Shown here piece after piece: positions 7,484 to 18,052 of a stretch of DNA of 64,000 nucleotides. How positions within the stretch are numbered: the stretch's first letter is position 1; the number at the start of each line of letters is the position of its first letter. A program made the position numbers and the translations under genes. The notes beneath the pieces were generated by a model that saw only the letters and a program-made list of their open reading frames with translations, made no database searches and had not been told where the DNA came from. Source of the stretch: Pinirhizobacter sp. (GTDB lineage: Bacteria; Pseudomonadota; Gammaproteobacteria; Xanthomonadales; Rhodanobacteraceae). The stretch is taken from the NCBI RefSeq assembly GCF_036499745.1, contig NZ_DASYDG010000033.1, positions 33,662 to 97,661 of the forward strand, given 5' to 3'.

Positions 7484-9925
7484 ATGCGAATCCAGCCTGG
7501 CATCCGTCGTCATTCCTTATTCGTTGCGCTGGGCATCGCCCTCGCGCTCCCGGCGTCCAACGTCTTCGCGCAGGATCAGGCCCTGGCAAGCGCGGGGCCA
7601 TCCGAACAGGACGCCCGGCAACTGCAGCAGGTGATCGTGACGGGCACCCGCACCACCAACCGGACGGAGGCTGAATCCCTTTCGCCGATCGACGTGCTGA
7701 CGCCGGCCGACCTTTCAGCCAGTGGAAGCACGGACCTGGCCTCGGCCCTTTCCTCACTGCTGCCATCGCTGGATTTCCCGCGCCCGGCGATCAACGACGG
7801 CAACGATGCGATCCGGCCGGCCAGCCTGCGGGGCCTGTCGCCCGACGACGTGCTGGTGCTGGTGGACGGCAAGCGTTACCACACCACCAGCCTGATCAAC
7901 TACAACTCCGCCATTGGCCGTGGCTCGGCACCGGTGGATCTGAACTCCATCCCGGTTTCAGCCATCGATCATATCGAGGTGCTGCGTGATGGTGCCGCAG
8001 CGCAGTACGGCTCCGATGCCATCGCCGGCGTGATCAACGTGGTGCTCAAGCACGGCGGTGAGGCAGGCCAGAACTCGATCACCGCCAGCGGCGGCATCCA
8101 GGACAAAGGCGACGGCGCGCAGAACGGCCTGATGGGTTCGGTAGGCATTCCGCTGGGCGGCGATGGCAAAGGCGGCAAGGCGCCGGGCTGGGTGCGCCTG
8201 GCCTGGAATTACAGCAACACCATGAAGACCAACCGCGCGGAGAATACCGATATCTCCACCACGCTTGCCGGTGCGCCCAATCCCAGCGGCATTCCGTACG
8301 AGCGCTACGGTGATCCCTCGGTGGTGACCAAGCAGGCGCTGTTGAACTTCGGCTACGACATTACCCCGGGGGTGGAACTTTACGGCTACCTCAACCTCGG
8401 CCGCCGCGAAGTGGATTCCAATGGCTATTACCGCGCCTTCGATTCCACCCGCAACGTGATCGAGGTGTACCCCAACGGGTTCCTGCCGCACATCATCAAC
8501 AACTCGAACGACAGTGCCGCGGTACTGGGAGCGCGCGGCACCACCGACGGTGGCTGGAGCTGGGACGCCTCGGCCGATTACGGCGTGAACAACCTGGTGT
8601 TCGATATCGGCAACTCGATCAACACCAACCTTTACCGCTCCACGGGTTCTTCGCCTACCTACTTCTACGCCGGCGGGTTCCGCAACGAACAGGGCGTGGC
8701 CAACCTGGACATCAGCAAGCCGCTGCAACTGGGTTGGCTGCCGAACCCACTGACGCTTTCCTTCGGTGGTGAATACCGGCACGAGAAATACACCATCGAC
8801 GCCGGCGAGCCGGATTCGTACTACTTCAATCCCGATACGTTGATCCCCGGCACCACGGGCCCCTATGCCGGTGGTTCGCAAGTGTTCCCGGGTCTCACCC
8901 CATCGGTGGCGGGTACCTTTACCCGCCATAGCGAAGCGGCTTACGTGGACGCCGAGACCGACATCACCAGCCGGTTTTCCGCCGGTGCCGCGGCGCGTTA
9001 TGAGCACTACAGCGATGCAGGCTCCACGCGGTCGGGGAAACTGTCCGGACGCTTCCAACTCACCGACACGGTCGCCCTGCGCGGCACGGTGTCCAATGGC
9101 TTCCGCGCGCCGTCATTGGCCCAGCAGAACTACGAATCGGTGGTCACGCTGATCCAGAACGGCACGCTGGCGCAGATCGGCACCTTCCGCACATCGGACC
9201 CCGCCGCCATCGCTCTGGGCGCCAAGCCACTGACCCCTGAGAAATCCACCAACTACGGCCTGGGCGCGGTATGGCAACCGGACAATGCCTTCAGCGCCAC
9301 GCTGGATGTGTACCAGATCCGCATCTGGAACCAGATTCTCTATTCCGACCAGATCGCCGTGGATCCGACGCCGACCAGCCAGGTGACCGGTGCCCAGTTC
9401 TTCGTCAACGGCGCCACCACCCGCACACGCGGCGCGGACCTGATCCTGAACTACACCACCGATCTGGACACCTGGGGCAAGCTGCGCTTCTCAGCCAGCG
9501 GCAATTACAACAAGACCAAGGTGCTTGAGATCACCACGCCGGCGTTCGGCCGCAGCAGCGAGGGCTTGTTGACTTCCAGCACGCCGCGTACCAAGTACGT
9601 ATTCGCCGGTGACTGGCTGCTGGGCAACTTCGACCTGCATGCCAACCTCACCCGCTATGGCGCGGTGATACGGCGTGGCGACCTGGACGACACCAGCCAG
9701 GACCAGAAATTCTCCGCGCGCTGGCTGCTGGATCTTGCCGCCAGCTATAACGTCGATGCCTGGACCTTCACCCTGGGGGGCGACAACGTCACCAACCAGT
9801 ACCCGACCAAGTCGGCCCTGAACAACATCTACGAAGACCGGGCGGACGGCCTGCAGTACTCCTCGCTATCGCCGTTCGGGTTCAACGGCCGCTATTGGTA
9901 CGGGAAGGTCACCTTCAAGTTCTGA
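7484..9925 (+). CDS. TonB-dependent outer-membrane receptor
   Basis: Signal peptide; TonB-box-like LQQVIVTGTR; plug LRGLSPDDVLVLVDGKR and IEVLRDGAAAQYGSDAIAGVINV; C-terminal Phe (GRYWYGKVTFKF). Confidence 0.95.
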   Translation: MRIQPGIRRHSLFVALGIALALPASNVFAQDQALASAGPSEQDARQLQQVIVTGTRTTNRTEAESLSPIDVLTPADLSASGSTDLASALSSLLPSLDFPRPAINDGNDAIRPASLRGLSPDDVLVLVDGKRYHTTSLINYNSAIGRGSAPVDLNSIPVSAIDHIEVLRDGAAAQYGSDAIAGVINVVLKHGGEAGQNSITASGGIQDKGDGAQNGLMGSVGIPLGGDGKGGKAPGWVRLAWNYSNTMKTNRAENTDISTTLAGAPNPSGIPYERYGDPSVVTKQALLNFGYDITPGVELYGYLNLGRREVDSNGYYRAFDSTRNVIEVYPNGFLPHIINNSNDSAAVLGARGTTDGGWSWDASADYGVNNLVFDIGNSINTNLYRSTGSSPTYFYAGGFRNEQGVANLDISKPLQLGWLPNPLTLSFGGEYRHEKYTIDAGEPDSYYFNPDTLIPGTTGPYAGGSQVFPGLTPSVAGTFTRHSEAAYVDAETDITSRFSAGAAARYEHYSDAGSTRSGKLSGRFQLTDTVALRGTVSNGFRAPSLAQQNYESVVTLIQNGTLAQIGTFRTSDPAAIALGAKPLTPEKSTNYGLGAVWQPDNAFSATLDVYQIRIWNQILYSDQIAVDPTPTSQVTGAQFFVNGATTRTRGADLILNYTTDLDTWGKLRFSASGNYNKTKVLEITTPAFGRSSEGLLTSSTPRTKYVFAGDWLLGNFDLHANLTRYGAVIRRGDLDDTSQDQKFSARWLLDLAASYNVDAWTFTLGGDNVTNQYPTKSALNNIYEDRADGLQYSSLSPFGFNGRYWYGKVTFKF

Positions 9926-10040
9926 CCGTTGCACCGCGCCGGTTTCACGCTTCGCCGGTTTATAGTCGGGCCCGACCTCTTGCTAAGGAAACGGGCCCAT
10001 CGCCACCTGGCGCACCATCCTCGTCGTTGCCTGCCTGTCG

Positions 10041-10907
10041 TTGACGGGCAACGCCTCCGCCCAAGCCATCCGTGTCGGCTCCAAGGCTGACAACGAGGGC
10101 GCCGTGCTCGGCCAGTTGATCGTGCAGGTGCTGCGCCATGCCGGCATGAGCGTGGACGACCGTACGCAGCTGGGGCCCACCGCCATCGTGCGCCGCGCCC
10201 TTCTGGCGGGCGAACTGGACATCTATCCCGAATACACCGGCAATGCTGCGTTCTTCTTCCACCGGGAAGACGACCCGGCATTTCGCGATGCATCGGCCGC
10301 GCATGCGCTCGCCGCGACGCTCGACCTCAGGGCCAACGCACTGGTGTGGATGAAGGCAGCGCCGGCGGACAACCATTGGGGCATCGCCGTCCCGCGCGCC
10401 GTGGCAGAGCGGGAGCACGTGCGCACACTGAACGACTTCGCACGCTGGGTGAACAGCGGTGCGCGGGTGAAACTGGCAGGTTCCGCGGAGTTCGTCGACA
10501 GCGCCGCGGCATTGCCTGCATTCGAGCAGGCCTACGGCTTCACCATGCAAGGCTCCCAATTGCTGGTGCTGGCCGGCGGCGATACCTCGGTGACGATCAA
10601 GGCCGCGGCCGAAGGCACCTCGGGCGTAAACGCCAGCATGGTGTACCTGACCGACGGCGCCCTGGCGGTGACGGGCCTGGTGGCACTGGAGGATCCCCGC
10701 CATGTCGAACTGGTGTACCAGGCGGCGCCGGTGGCACGCGCGGCGTTGTTGAAAAAGTATCCTGCCATTCCCGCCCTGCTCGATCCGGTTTTCGGACGCC
10801 TGGATGTCGACACGCTGCGCCGGTTGAATGCGCGCACCCAGGTGGATGGCACCGATGCCTCGGTGGTGGCGCACGACTTCCTGGAAGGTATCCATGCGCT
10901 GGACTGA
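10041..10907 (+). CDS. yehZ: Osmoprotectant-type ABC transporter substrate-binding protein (YehZ/OsmF-like)
   Basis: IRVGSKADNEG, ELDIYPEYTGN, APADNHWGIAV, LEDPRHVELVYQAAPV. The true start is probably upstream (see findings). Confidence 0.85.
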   Translation: MTGNASAQAIRVGSKADNEGAVLGQLIVQVLRHAGMSVDDRTQLGPTAIVRRALLAGELDIYPEYTGNAAFFFHREDDPAFRDASAAHALAATLDLRANALVWMKAAPADNHWGIAVPRAVAEREHVRTLNDFARWVNSGARVKLAGSAEFVDSAAALPAFEQAYGFTMQGSQLLVLAGGDTSVTIKAAAEGTSGVNASMVYLTDGALAVTGLVALEDPRHVELVYQAAPVARAALLKKYPAIPALLDPVFGRLDVDTLRRLNARTQVDGTDASVVAHDFLEGIHALD

Positions 10908-12006
10908 GCGCACCTGGCCGCTCGCCCTGTTGGCGCTGGGCGTGACCGGCCTGCTGGCGTCGGTGGCATTGAACGCGGTCGTGCTGGCGCCGAACCGGTT
11001 GCTTACGGGGCACGGTTACGTGTCCATCGCCCTACCCGCCCTGCGATGGCTGCCCCTGGCGTGGCTGGTGGTACTTGCGACGGCACGCATGAGGGGCATG
11101 GCGGGCCTGGTCGTTGCCATGTTGTTGTTGCCGGCCCTGCTGGTGGCCACGGGGTTCGCCGCCAACGGCTTGCTTGCCACGGCGGGCGGACACGCGCGGG
11201 TGCAGTTGGGCTCGGGCTTCTGGTGCATGGCCACCTCGGCGGTGTTGCTGGTGGCTGATCGCCAGCGCGAGATCCGGATGCGGGCTTCCCTGCGCCTTGC
11301 ATGCTGGATAGGCCTTGCCATGCTGGTGGTGGCGATGACTGCGGCGGGCATGTTCGACAGGCTGTCCATCGTGCAGGAATTCGTCCTGCAGCGAGCGCGT
11401 TTCCTCACCGCCGTGGGGCAGCATCTGTTACTGGCTTTCTCCGCCACCGCTGCCGCGGTGGTCCTGGGCGCGCCGCTGGCCGTGGCGGTAGCGCAGCGCC
11501 GACGCGGCCGCGGTATCTCCCTGGCCGTGTTGAACCTGGTGCAGACCATTCCGTCGATGGCGCTGTTCGCCCTGCTGGTGGCGCCCCTGGCGTGGCTGGG
11601 CGTGGGCGGTACCGGCAATGCACCGGCCCTGGTGGCGCTCACCGCCTATGCCTTGCTGCCTGTCATGCGCTACACGCTGGCGGGCCTGGCTACGGCTCCA
11701 TCTTCAGCCCTGGACGCGGCGCGCGGCCTGGGCCTGCAACCGTGGCAGGTGCTTACCCGGGTGCAGTTGCCGCTGGGGCTGCCGGTATTCGCCGCGGGCC
11801 TGCGCATCGTGCTGGTGCAGTCGATCGGCCTGGCCGCGGTGGCGGCGCTGGTGGGTGCCGGTGGCCTGGGGCGCTTCGTGTTCCTGGGTCTTGGCCAGGG
11901 TGCCAACGACCTTGTCATGCTGGGGACGCTGGCCATCATTGCGCTGGCCCTTGCCGCCGATGGCGCCTGCCGCGCTCTGGAACGATGGATGGAGCCGCAC
12001 GCATGA
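10894..12006 (+). CDS. yehY: ABC transporter permease (YehY-like)
   Basis: Multi-TM; LNLVQTIPSMALF, EAA-like loop LDAARGLGL, LGQGANDLVMLG. Overlaps the SBP stop. Confidence 0.85.
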   Translation: MRWTERTWPLALLALGVTGLLASVALNAVVLAPNRLLTGHGYVSIALPALRWLPLAWLVVLATARMRGMAGLVVAMLLLPALLVATGFAANGLLATAGGHARVQLGSGFWCMATSAVLLVADRQREIRMRASLRLACWIGLAMLVVAMTAAGMFDRLSIVQEFVLQRARFLTAVGQHLLLAFSATAAAVVLGAPLAVAVAQRRRGRGISLAVLNLVQTIPSMALFALLVAPLAWLGVGGTGNAPALVALTAYALLPVMRYTLAGLATAPSSALDAARGLGLQPWQVLTRVQLPLGLPVFAAGLRIVLVQSIGLAAVAALVGAGGLGRFVFLGLGQGANDLVMLGTLAIIALALAADGACRALERWMEPHA

Positions 12007-12926
12007 TCGAATTTTCTAATGTCAGTAAACGATTCGGGCAGGACGAGGCGGTCGATGGCGTATCGCTGAGCATCGCTTCGGGCGAGTTGTTCGTGATGGT
12101 CGGCCCTTCAGGTTCGGGCAAGTCCACCTTGCTGCGCATGATCAATCGCCTTGTCGAGCCCGACGAAGGCTCGGTGTGCATCGACGGGCAGGATGTACGC
12201 AATACCCCCGTGACTGAACTTCGCCGCGGCATCGGTTATGCCATCCAGTCGGTCGGCCTGTTTCCGCACTGGTCGGTGGCAAGGAACATCGGCACCGTTC
12301 CCCGCCTCCTGGGCTGGAAGGAAGATCGCATCGCATCGCGCGTTGCGGAATTGATGGCGATGGTGGAGCTCGATGCCAGCATTGCCAAGCGCCTGCCGGC
12401 AGAGCTCTCCGGCGGCCAGCAACAACGCGTGGGTGTGGCGCGGGCGATGGCGGCGCAACCGATCATCGTGCTGATGGACGAGCCCTTCGGCGCGCTCGAT
12501 CCGGTCACGCGCGAAAAACTCCAGCATGCCTTCCGCCGCATCCACGCCGATATCGGCACCACCGTGGTGTTCGTCACCCACGACATGGATGAAGCGCTGC
12601 AATTGGGTGACCGCATTGCCTTCATCGATGGCGGGCATGTCCGTCAGTGCGGCACGCCGCTGGAACTGCTGCTGCACCCGGCCGACGATGTCGTCCGCGG
12701 TTTCGTCGGTGGCACCTCGGCGGGTTTGCGCCTGCTGTCGGTGCGCAAGGTTCGCGATGTCATGGCGCCAGGCAACGTGGCTGATGGAACGCCGTCGATC
12801 CATGCCGAGGCCGATCTTCGCCAGGCGCTGTCGATGATGGTCGACCGGGGCTTGCGTGCGCTTCGCGTCGATGGCGCCGGGGACCAGGTGATCAGCCTGG
12901 ACGGCCTGCTGGTGCCGCCGTCATGA
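12003..12926 (+). CDS. yehX: ABC transporter ATP-binding protein (YehX/OpuCA-like)
   Basis: Walker A GPSGSGKS, signature LSGGQQQRVG, Walker B LMDEPFGALD, VTHD. ATGA overlap. Confidence 0.92.
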   Translation: MIEFSNVSKRFGQDEAVDGVSLSIASGELFVMVGPSGSGKSTLLRMINRLVEPDEGSVCIDGQDVRNTPVTELRRGIGYAIQSVGLFPHWSVARNIGTVPRLLGWKEDRIASRVAELMAMVELDASIAKRLPAELSGGQQQRVGVARAMAAQPIIVLMDEPFGALDPVTREKLQHAFRRIHADIGTTVVFVTHDMDEALQLGDRIAFIDGGHVRQCGTPLELLLHPADDVVRGFVGGTSAGLRLLSVRKVRDVMAPGNVADGTPSIHAEADLRQALSMMVDRGLRALRVDGAGDQVISLDGLLVPPS

Positions 12927-13645
12927 ACTGGCGCATCGCCGTGCCGGCGCTCACCCTGGCGGCGCTGCTGCTTTGGCTGCCGCATTCGGCACCTGCCTTC
13001 CACGCGATGTTCCCTTCGGTGGGAAAACCGGTGTACCTGCGCACTGGGTTCGGGCAACTGTTGGCCATCCATGCCGGCATCGTGTTGCTGGCGAGCGCCA
13101 CGGCGGTGCTCGTGGGGCTGGCCGTGGCCGCACTGGTGACGCGCCCCTTCGCACGCAGCCTGCTGCCGACGGCCAACGCCGTGGCCGTGGTAGGCCAGAC
13201 CATCCCGCCGGTGGCCGTGCTGGTGTTGTCCGTCCCCTTGCTCGGTTTCGGTGCGCCGCCTACCCTGTTGGCGCTTACCGTGTACGGGGTGCTGCCGGTG
13301 CTTGGCCAGGCCATCGCGGGCCTGCGCAGCGTCCCGCCGGAGGCGATCGCCGCCGCTGACGGCATGGGCTACGGGCCCTGGCGGCGCCTGAAGGATGCCG
13401 AGTTGCCCCTGGCGGTACCGGCGATCATGTCCGGCGTGCGGCTATCGGTGATCGTGGCCGTGGGCACGGCCACGATCGGGTCCACCGTGGGCGCCACCAC
13501 CCTTGGCTCGCCCATCATCGAAGGGTTGGTCGGCAACAACCCCGCGTACGTCGTACAGGGCGCGCTGTTGGTGGCTGCCCTGGCGATGCTGGCCGATGGC
13601 CTGCTCGAATGGGTGGAACGGCGCGTTACTTCGCGTGGTCGCTAA
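12923..13645 (+). CDS. yehW: ABC transporter permease (YehW-like)
   Basis: GQTIPPVAVL, AIAAADGMGY, ELPLAVPAIMSGVR. ATGA overlap. Confidence 0.85.
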   Translation: MNWRIAVPALTLAALLLWLPHSAPAFHAMFPSVGKPVYLRTGFGQLLAIHAGIVLLASATAVLVGLAVAALVTRPFARSLLPTANAVAVVGQTIPPVAVLVLSVPLLGFGAPPTLLALTVYGVLPVLGQAIAGLRSVPPEAIAAADGMGYGPWRRLKDAELPLAVPAIMSGVRLSVIVAVGTATIGSTVGATTLGSPIIEGLVGNNPAYVVQGALLVAALAMLADGLLEWVERRVTSRGR

Positions 13646-14501
13646 GCCAGTCGACCACGGTTGAGGTCATCGCCAGGCGCTTGTCCGAATAAGGATGGTC
13701 GGTGTCGAAGTGGCGGGTCTGGACGTCCGCGTCCCCGGCCTTGCGCAGTGCATCGGCCAAAGCCTCCGCCGAGGGCTGCAGGCCGTCGTTGGCGGTGACC
13801 AGCAGGGCCGGGCGGTCTTTGAGCATCGGCACCCACGACTGGAATTTCCAGGTGGCGGCATTGGCCTGGGCTTCGGCGACCAGTCCATCCACGCTGCAGC
13901 CCGCCAGCGGAAGGATGTCTTCCTCCCATTCCTTGCGCTCAGCGCCCTTGACCATGTCCGCGGTGACGCTGCCCATGTCGGCGCCGGAAATCATCACCAG
14001 GCCCTTGACGTCTTTCGCATGGCCCACGGCCCAGCCCGCGGCAAAGCCGCCCATGCTATGACCGGCGACGAAGATCCGGCTGCGGTCGATGCGATAGTCC
14101 TTCGCATGGGCCGGGTCCTGCACGAACGCCACGGCGGCATCTGCATCCTCCAGCACGTGGGCGAACGAGAACGTGCCCGGACTGCCCCATGACCCGCGGT
14201 AATGCAGCGTCAGTACATTGAATCCGGCACGGCGGACGGCTTGCGCCAGGTCGAGGTTTTGTTCATTGCCGGGAAAACCATGGAAAAGCACCAGGGTGGG
14301 ATGCGGCCCTACGCCCGGGGCGAGGTAAAACACCGCATTCATCTTCGAACCATGGCTGTCGATCTGGGCGACCTGCATGCTGGCCGGGTTTGCCTTGTCA
14401 GCCGGTGGGTCGGCGGTGACTACGCCGGGGTGGGGATAGGGAGCGGCGGAAACGCCGAAAACCAGCAATGACAGGACAAGGCAGGGCCATATCGCGCGCA
14501 T
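13626..14501 (-). CDS. Secreted alpha/beta hydrolase
   Basis: Signal peptide MRAIWPCLVLSLLVFGVSA; HGFPG; nucleophile GHSMG; C-terminal D-H (TDHPYS). Confidence 0.88.
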   Translation of the reverse strand: MRAIWPCLVLSLLVFGVSAAPYPHPGVVTADPPADKANPASMQVAQIDSHGSKMNAVFYLAPGVGPHPTLVLFHGFPGNEQNLDLAQAVRRAGFNVLTLHYRGSWGSPGTFSFAHVLEDADAAVAFVQDPAHAKDYRIDRSRIFVAGHSMGGFAAGWAVGHAKDVKGLVMISGADMGSVTADMVKGAERKEWEEDILPLAGCSVDGLVAEAQANAATWKFQSWVPMLKDRPALLVTANDGLQPSAEALADALRKAGDADVQTRHFDTDHPYSDKRLAMTSTVVDWLSDHAK

Positions 14502-14588
14502 CGGGGACATTCCTGTTGCTGGAGGTGTCCAAGCGTGGAACCTGCCGAATTTGAGCGCAAGGTGAACCGGTGTATTTCGCGGATGTTG

Positions 14589-14614
14589 TGCTATAAATGA
14601 TTTGTATGACAAAT
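14589..14614 (+). promoter_or_regulatory. Extended -10 promoter (TG-C-TATAAA) with adjacent FadR/DgoR-type operator ATTTGT-ATG-ACAAAT
   Basis: TG 14589-90 and TATAAA 14592-97; perfect 6-3-6 inverted repeat at 14600-14614 resembling TTGT..ACAA FadR-family boxes. Confidence 0.65.
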
Positions 14615-14632
14615 GACCCTGAGGGGGTCCAT

Positions 14633-15343
14633 GTGGCACGAACGACGGGACCGCGAAACCTGCATGGCCAGGTGGTCCAGGAACTGGGGCAGATGATCGT
14701 CGGCGGCAACCTTGCGCCGGGCGAGGCGTTGCCGCGTGAAGAAGCCCTGGCCACCCGCATGGCGGTCAGCCGCACGGTACTACGCGAAGCGCTGAAAGTG
14801 TTGGCTACCAAGGGCTTGATCGAAACCCGCCAGAAGACCGGCATGCGCGTGCGCGAGGTGCGCTTCTGGAACCAGCTCGACGCCGATGTCCTGGCCTGGC
14901 GTTGCGCGGCGATGCCCACCGACGACTTCGTCGACAAACTGGTGGAGATGCGCGAGATCGTCGAACCCGCCGCCGCGGCCGCCGCCGCGCGCCGTCGCGA
15001 CGACATCCAGTTGGCGGAGGTCGCCGCCGCCTACGAGGCGATGGACGCGGCCATGGACCTGGACGCCTGGGCCGAAGCCGACGTTCGCTTCCACGAGGCG
15101 GTGCTGCGCGCCACCAACAATGAATTGCTCGGCTCGCTGTTCTCGGTGATCCAGACCGCGCTTGCCACGTATTTCCTGATGTCCGCCCGTACCACCGCCA
15201 ACTTCCGTTATTCCCTCCCCCAGCACCATGCCGTGTACGACGCCATCCGCCGCCGCCGGCCCAACGCCGCGGCCGACGCGATGCGCGGCCTGATCAGCGA
15301 TTCGCGCGACACCCTGAAAACGCGCCGCGCGGTAAAACCATGA
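14633..15343 (+). CDS. dgoR: FadR/GntR-family regulator of the galactonate operon
   Basis: wHTH LPREEALATRMAVSRTVLREALKVL and FCD domain; first gene of the dgo cluster. GTG 14633 follows GAGGGGG. Confidence 0.85.
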   Translation: MARTTGPRNLHGQVVQELGQMIVGGNLAPGEALPREEALATRMAVSRTVLREALKVLATKGLIETRQKTGMRVREVRFWNQLDADVLAWRCAAMPTDDFVDKLVEMREIVEPAAAAAAARRRDDIQLAEVAAAYEAMDAAMDLDAWAEADVRFHEAVLRATNNELLGSLFSVIQTALATYFLMSARTTANFRYSLPQHHAVYDAIRRRRPNAAADAMRGLISDSRDTLKTRRAVKP

Positions 15344-16272
15344 ACCACCTGATCGCCCTGGATTGGGGCACCTCCAGCTTCCGCGCCTACCTGCTCGATG
15401 CCGCCGGTTCCATCGTGGAAACCCGCTCCAGGCCCTGGGGCATCCGCCAGTTGCCCGACGGTGGCTTCGGTGGCGCCTTCGCCGCCATGGTGGCCGGCTG
15501 GCCCGACTGCCCGGTGATCGCCGCCGGCATGGTGGGCAGCCGGAACGGCTGGCAGGAAGTGCCCTACCTTGATATTCCCGCAGGCGTCGATGAGCTGGCC
15601 GCCGCGCTGGTGCCGGTCGCCGCCCCTGGCGGACGCGTAGTGCACCTGGTGCCAGGCCTGCACAACAGCCGCGGACCCGACGTGATGCGAGGTGAGGAAA
15701 CCCAGCTGGTCGGCGCGCTGGCGCTGCGGCCGCCGCCCCAGGGTGAAGCCACCGTGGTGCTGCCGGGCACCCACAGCAAATGGGTGCGGGTGAAGGAAGG
15801 CGTGGTCACCGATTTCGTCACCACCATGACAGGCGAACTCTTCGCCCTGCTGTCCCGCCATTCGATCCTGGCGGTGGAGATCAAGCCCGATGCACCCCTG
15901 GATGTCGATGCCTTCAGTCGCGGCGTGCGCACCGCACGCGCCAGTGGCGCTGCCGGAGGCGTGTCGCGGCTGTTCTCGACGCGGGCGTTGATGCTCGATG
16001 GCACGCTCGATGCCTCAAGCGTCCCGGATTACCTCTCGGGCCTGCTGATCGGCGAGGAAATCCGTTCCACCCTGGCCGATGGCCGCATGGACTGCACGTT
16101 GCCGCTGCGCCTGGTGGGTGATGCCGCCCTGGGCGCGCGCTACCGCATGGCCGCCAGCGATTTTTCCCTCACTGTTTCACCTGCCGTGGAGGACACCGCC
16201 GCCCACGGGCTGTGGCTGATCGCCCGGCGTGCCCATTTGCACGAACGAACCATCCACGGAGTTTCCCCATGA
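15340..16272 (+). CDS. dgoK: 2-dehydro-3-deoxygalactonokinase
   Basis: IALDWGTSSFRAY, AGMVGSRNGWQE, DVMRGEETQLVG, LPGTHSKW, TGELF. Confidence 0.95.
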   Translation: MNHLIALDWGTSSFRAYLLDAAGSIVETRSRPWGIRQLPDGGFGGAFAAMVAGWPDCPVIAAGMVGSRNGWQEVPYLDIPAGVDELAAALVPVAAPGGRVVHLVPGLHNSRGPDVMRGEETQLVGALALRPPPQGEATVVLPGTHSKWVRVKEGVVTDFVTTMTGELFALLSRHSILAVEIKPDAPLDVDAFSRGVRTARASGAAGGVSRLFSTRALMLDGTLDASSVPDYLSGLLIGEEIRSTLADGRMDCTLPLRLVGDAALGARYRMAASDFSLTVSPAVEDTAAHGLWLIARRAHLHERTIHGVSP

Positions 16273-16907
16273 TCGGCGCCTGGCTTGGCCCCCTTCCGCT
16301 CGTCGCCATCCTGCGTGGCATCACCCCAGGCGAGGCCGCCGACACCGGCGATGTCCTGGTCGATGCGGGCTTCCGCATCCTTGAGGTACCCCTCAATTCC
16401 CCCGACCCTTTGCGCAGCATCAGCATCATGTCCGAACGCTTCGGCGACCGTGCGCTGGTGGGTGCCGGCACCGTGCTGTCGCCCGCGCGTGTCGAAGAAG
16501 TCGCTGCCGCCGGCGGCAAGATCATCGTCATGCCGCATGCGGATGTGGCGGTGATCCGCGCGGCCAAAGCCGCGGGGCTTTACTGCCTGCCGGGTGTGTC
16601 CACCACCACCGAGGCCTTCGCGGCGCTCGACGCCGGCGCCGATGCGCTGAAGATTTTCCCGGCCGAGCTGATCGGCCCGCATGTACTCAAGGCGTGGCGA
16701 GCCGTGCTGCCGAAGGATCTGGCGTTGCTGCCGGTCGGCGGCATCGAGCCCGGCAACATGGCCGGGTTCGTCGCGGCCGGGGCGAACGGTTTTGGCATTG
16801 GCGGGGCGTTGTACGCACCAGGCCGGCCGATCAGCGACACGAAAGCCCGCGCGCAGGCTTTCGCACAGGCCTGGGCTGCATTGGCCGCCAAGGGAGCCGG
16901 CGCATGA
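16269..16907 (+). CDS. dgoA: 2-dehydro-3-deoxy-6-phosphogalactonate aldolase
   Basis: [39 protein letters not shown]. Confidence 0.93.
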   Translation: MIGAWLGPLPLVAILRGITPGEAADTGDVLVDAGFRILEVPLNSPDPLRSISIMSERFGDRALVGAGTVLSPARVEEVAAAGGKIIVMPHADVAVIRAAKAAGLYCLPGVSTTTEAFAALDAGADALKIFPAELIGPHVLKAWRAVLPKDLALLPVGGIEPGNMAGFVAAGANGFGIGGALYAPGRPISDTKARAQAFAQAWAALAAKGAGA

Positions 16908-18052
16908 AGATCACCGCGATCACCACCTTCATCGTGCCTCCGCGCTGGTGCTTCGTGCGCGTGGACACCGACGCCGGTATCAGCGGCTGGGGTGAGCCGG
17001 TCATCGAGGGCCGCGCGCATACCGTGGCCGCTGCGGTGAGCGAACTGGCCGACTACCTGATCGGCAAGGATCCGCGCCACATCCAGGATCACTGGAACGT
17101 GTTGTACCGCGCCGGTTTCTACCGGGGAGGCCCGGTGCTTATGAGCGCGCTCGCCGGCATCGACCACGCCCTGTGGGACATCCACGGAAAGGCGCTGGGA
17201 GTGCCCGTGCATGCCCTGCTGGGCGGGCCCGTGCGCAACAAGATCCGTGTGTATTCGTGGATCGGCGGCGATCGCCCGGCCGACACCGCCGACGCCGCCC
17301 GGGCGGCAGTCGCCCGCGGTTTCAGCGCCGTGAAGATGAACGGCACCGAAGAACTGCAGTACGTCGATTCGCATGCCAAGGTCGACCGCATGCTGGCCAA
17401 TGTGCAGGCCGTGCGCGAAGCCGTCGGCCCGGACATCGGCCTGGGCGTGGACTTCCACGGCCGCGTGCACAAGCCCATGGCCAAGGTATTGATGCGCGAA
17501 CTGGCACCGTACAACCTGATGTTCATCGAAGAGCCCGTGCTCTCGGAGCATCTGGAGAGCATTCCGGAACTGGCGGCCATCTCGCCCGCGCCGATCGCCC
17601 TGGGCGAGCGGCTGTATTCCCGCTTCGATTTCAAGCGCGTGCTGCAGACCGGCGGCGTGGACATCATCCAGCCCGACCCGGCGCATGCCGGTGGCATCAC
17701 CGAAACGGTGAAGATCGCCGCGATGGCCGAAGCCTATGACGTGGCCGTGGCCCTGCATTGCCCGCTGGGGCCGATCGCGCTGGCGGCGAATCTGCAGATC
17801 GATGCCGTCAGCCACAACGCGTTCATCCAGGAGCAGAGCCTGGGCATCCACTACAACGCGGCGAACGACCTGCTCGATTACGTGACCGACCGCAGCGTGT
17901 TCGCCTATGAAGACGGTTTCGTCGCCATCCCCAACGGGCCAGGTCTTGGTATCGAAGTGAACCAGGCCTATGTGGATGAACGCGCCGCCGTGGGCCATCG
18001 CTGGCGGAACCCGGTGTGGCGCCATGAAGACGGCAGCGTGGCGGAGTGGTAA
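16904..18052 (+). CDS. dgoD: D-galactonate dehydratase
   Basis: [52 protein letters not shown]. Confidence 0.97.
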   Translation: MKITAITTFIVPPRWCFVRVDTDAGISGWGEPVIEGRAHTVAAAVSELADYLIGKDPRHIQDHWNVLYRAGFYRGGPVLMSALAGIDHALWDIHGKALGVPVHALLGGPVRNKIRVYSWIGGDRPADTADAARAAVARGFSAVKMNGTEELQYVDSHAKVDRMLANVQAVREAVGPDIGLGVDFHGRVHKPMAKVLMRELAPYNLMFIEEPVLSEHLESIPELAAISPAPIALGERLYSRFDFKRVLQTGGVDIIQPDPAHAGGITETVKIAAMAEAYDVAVALHCPLGPIALAANLQIDAVSHNAFIQEQSLGIHYNAANDLLDYVTDRSVFAYEDGFVAIPNGPGLGIEVNQAYVDERAAVGHRWRNPVWRHEDGSVAEW

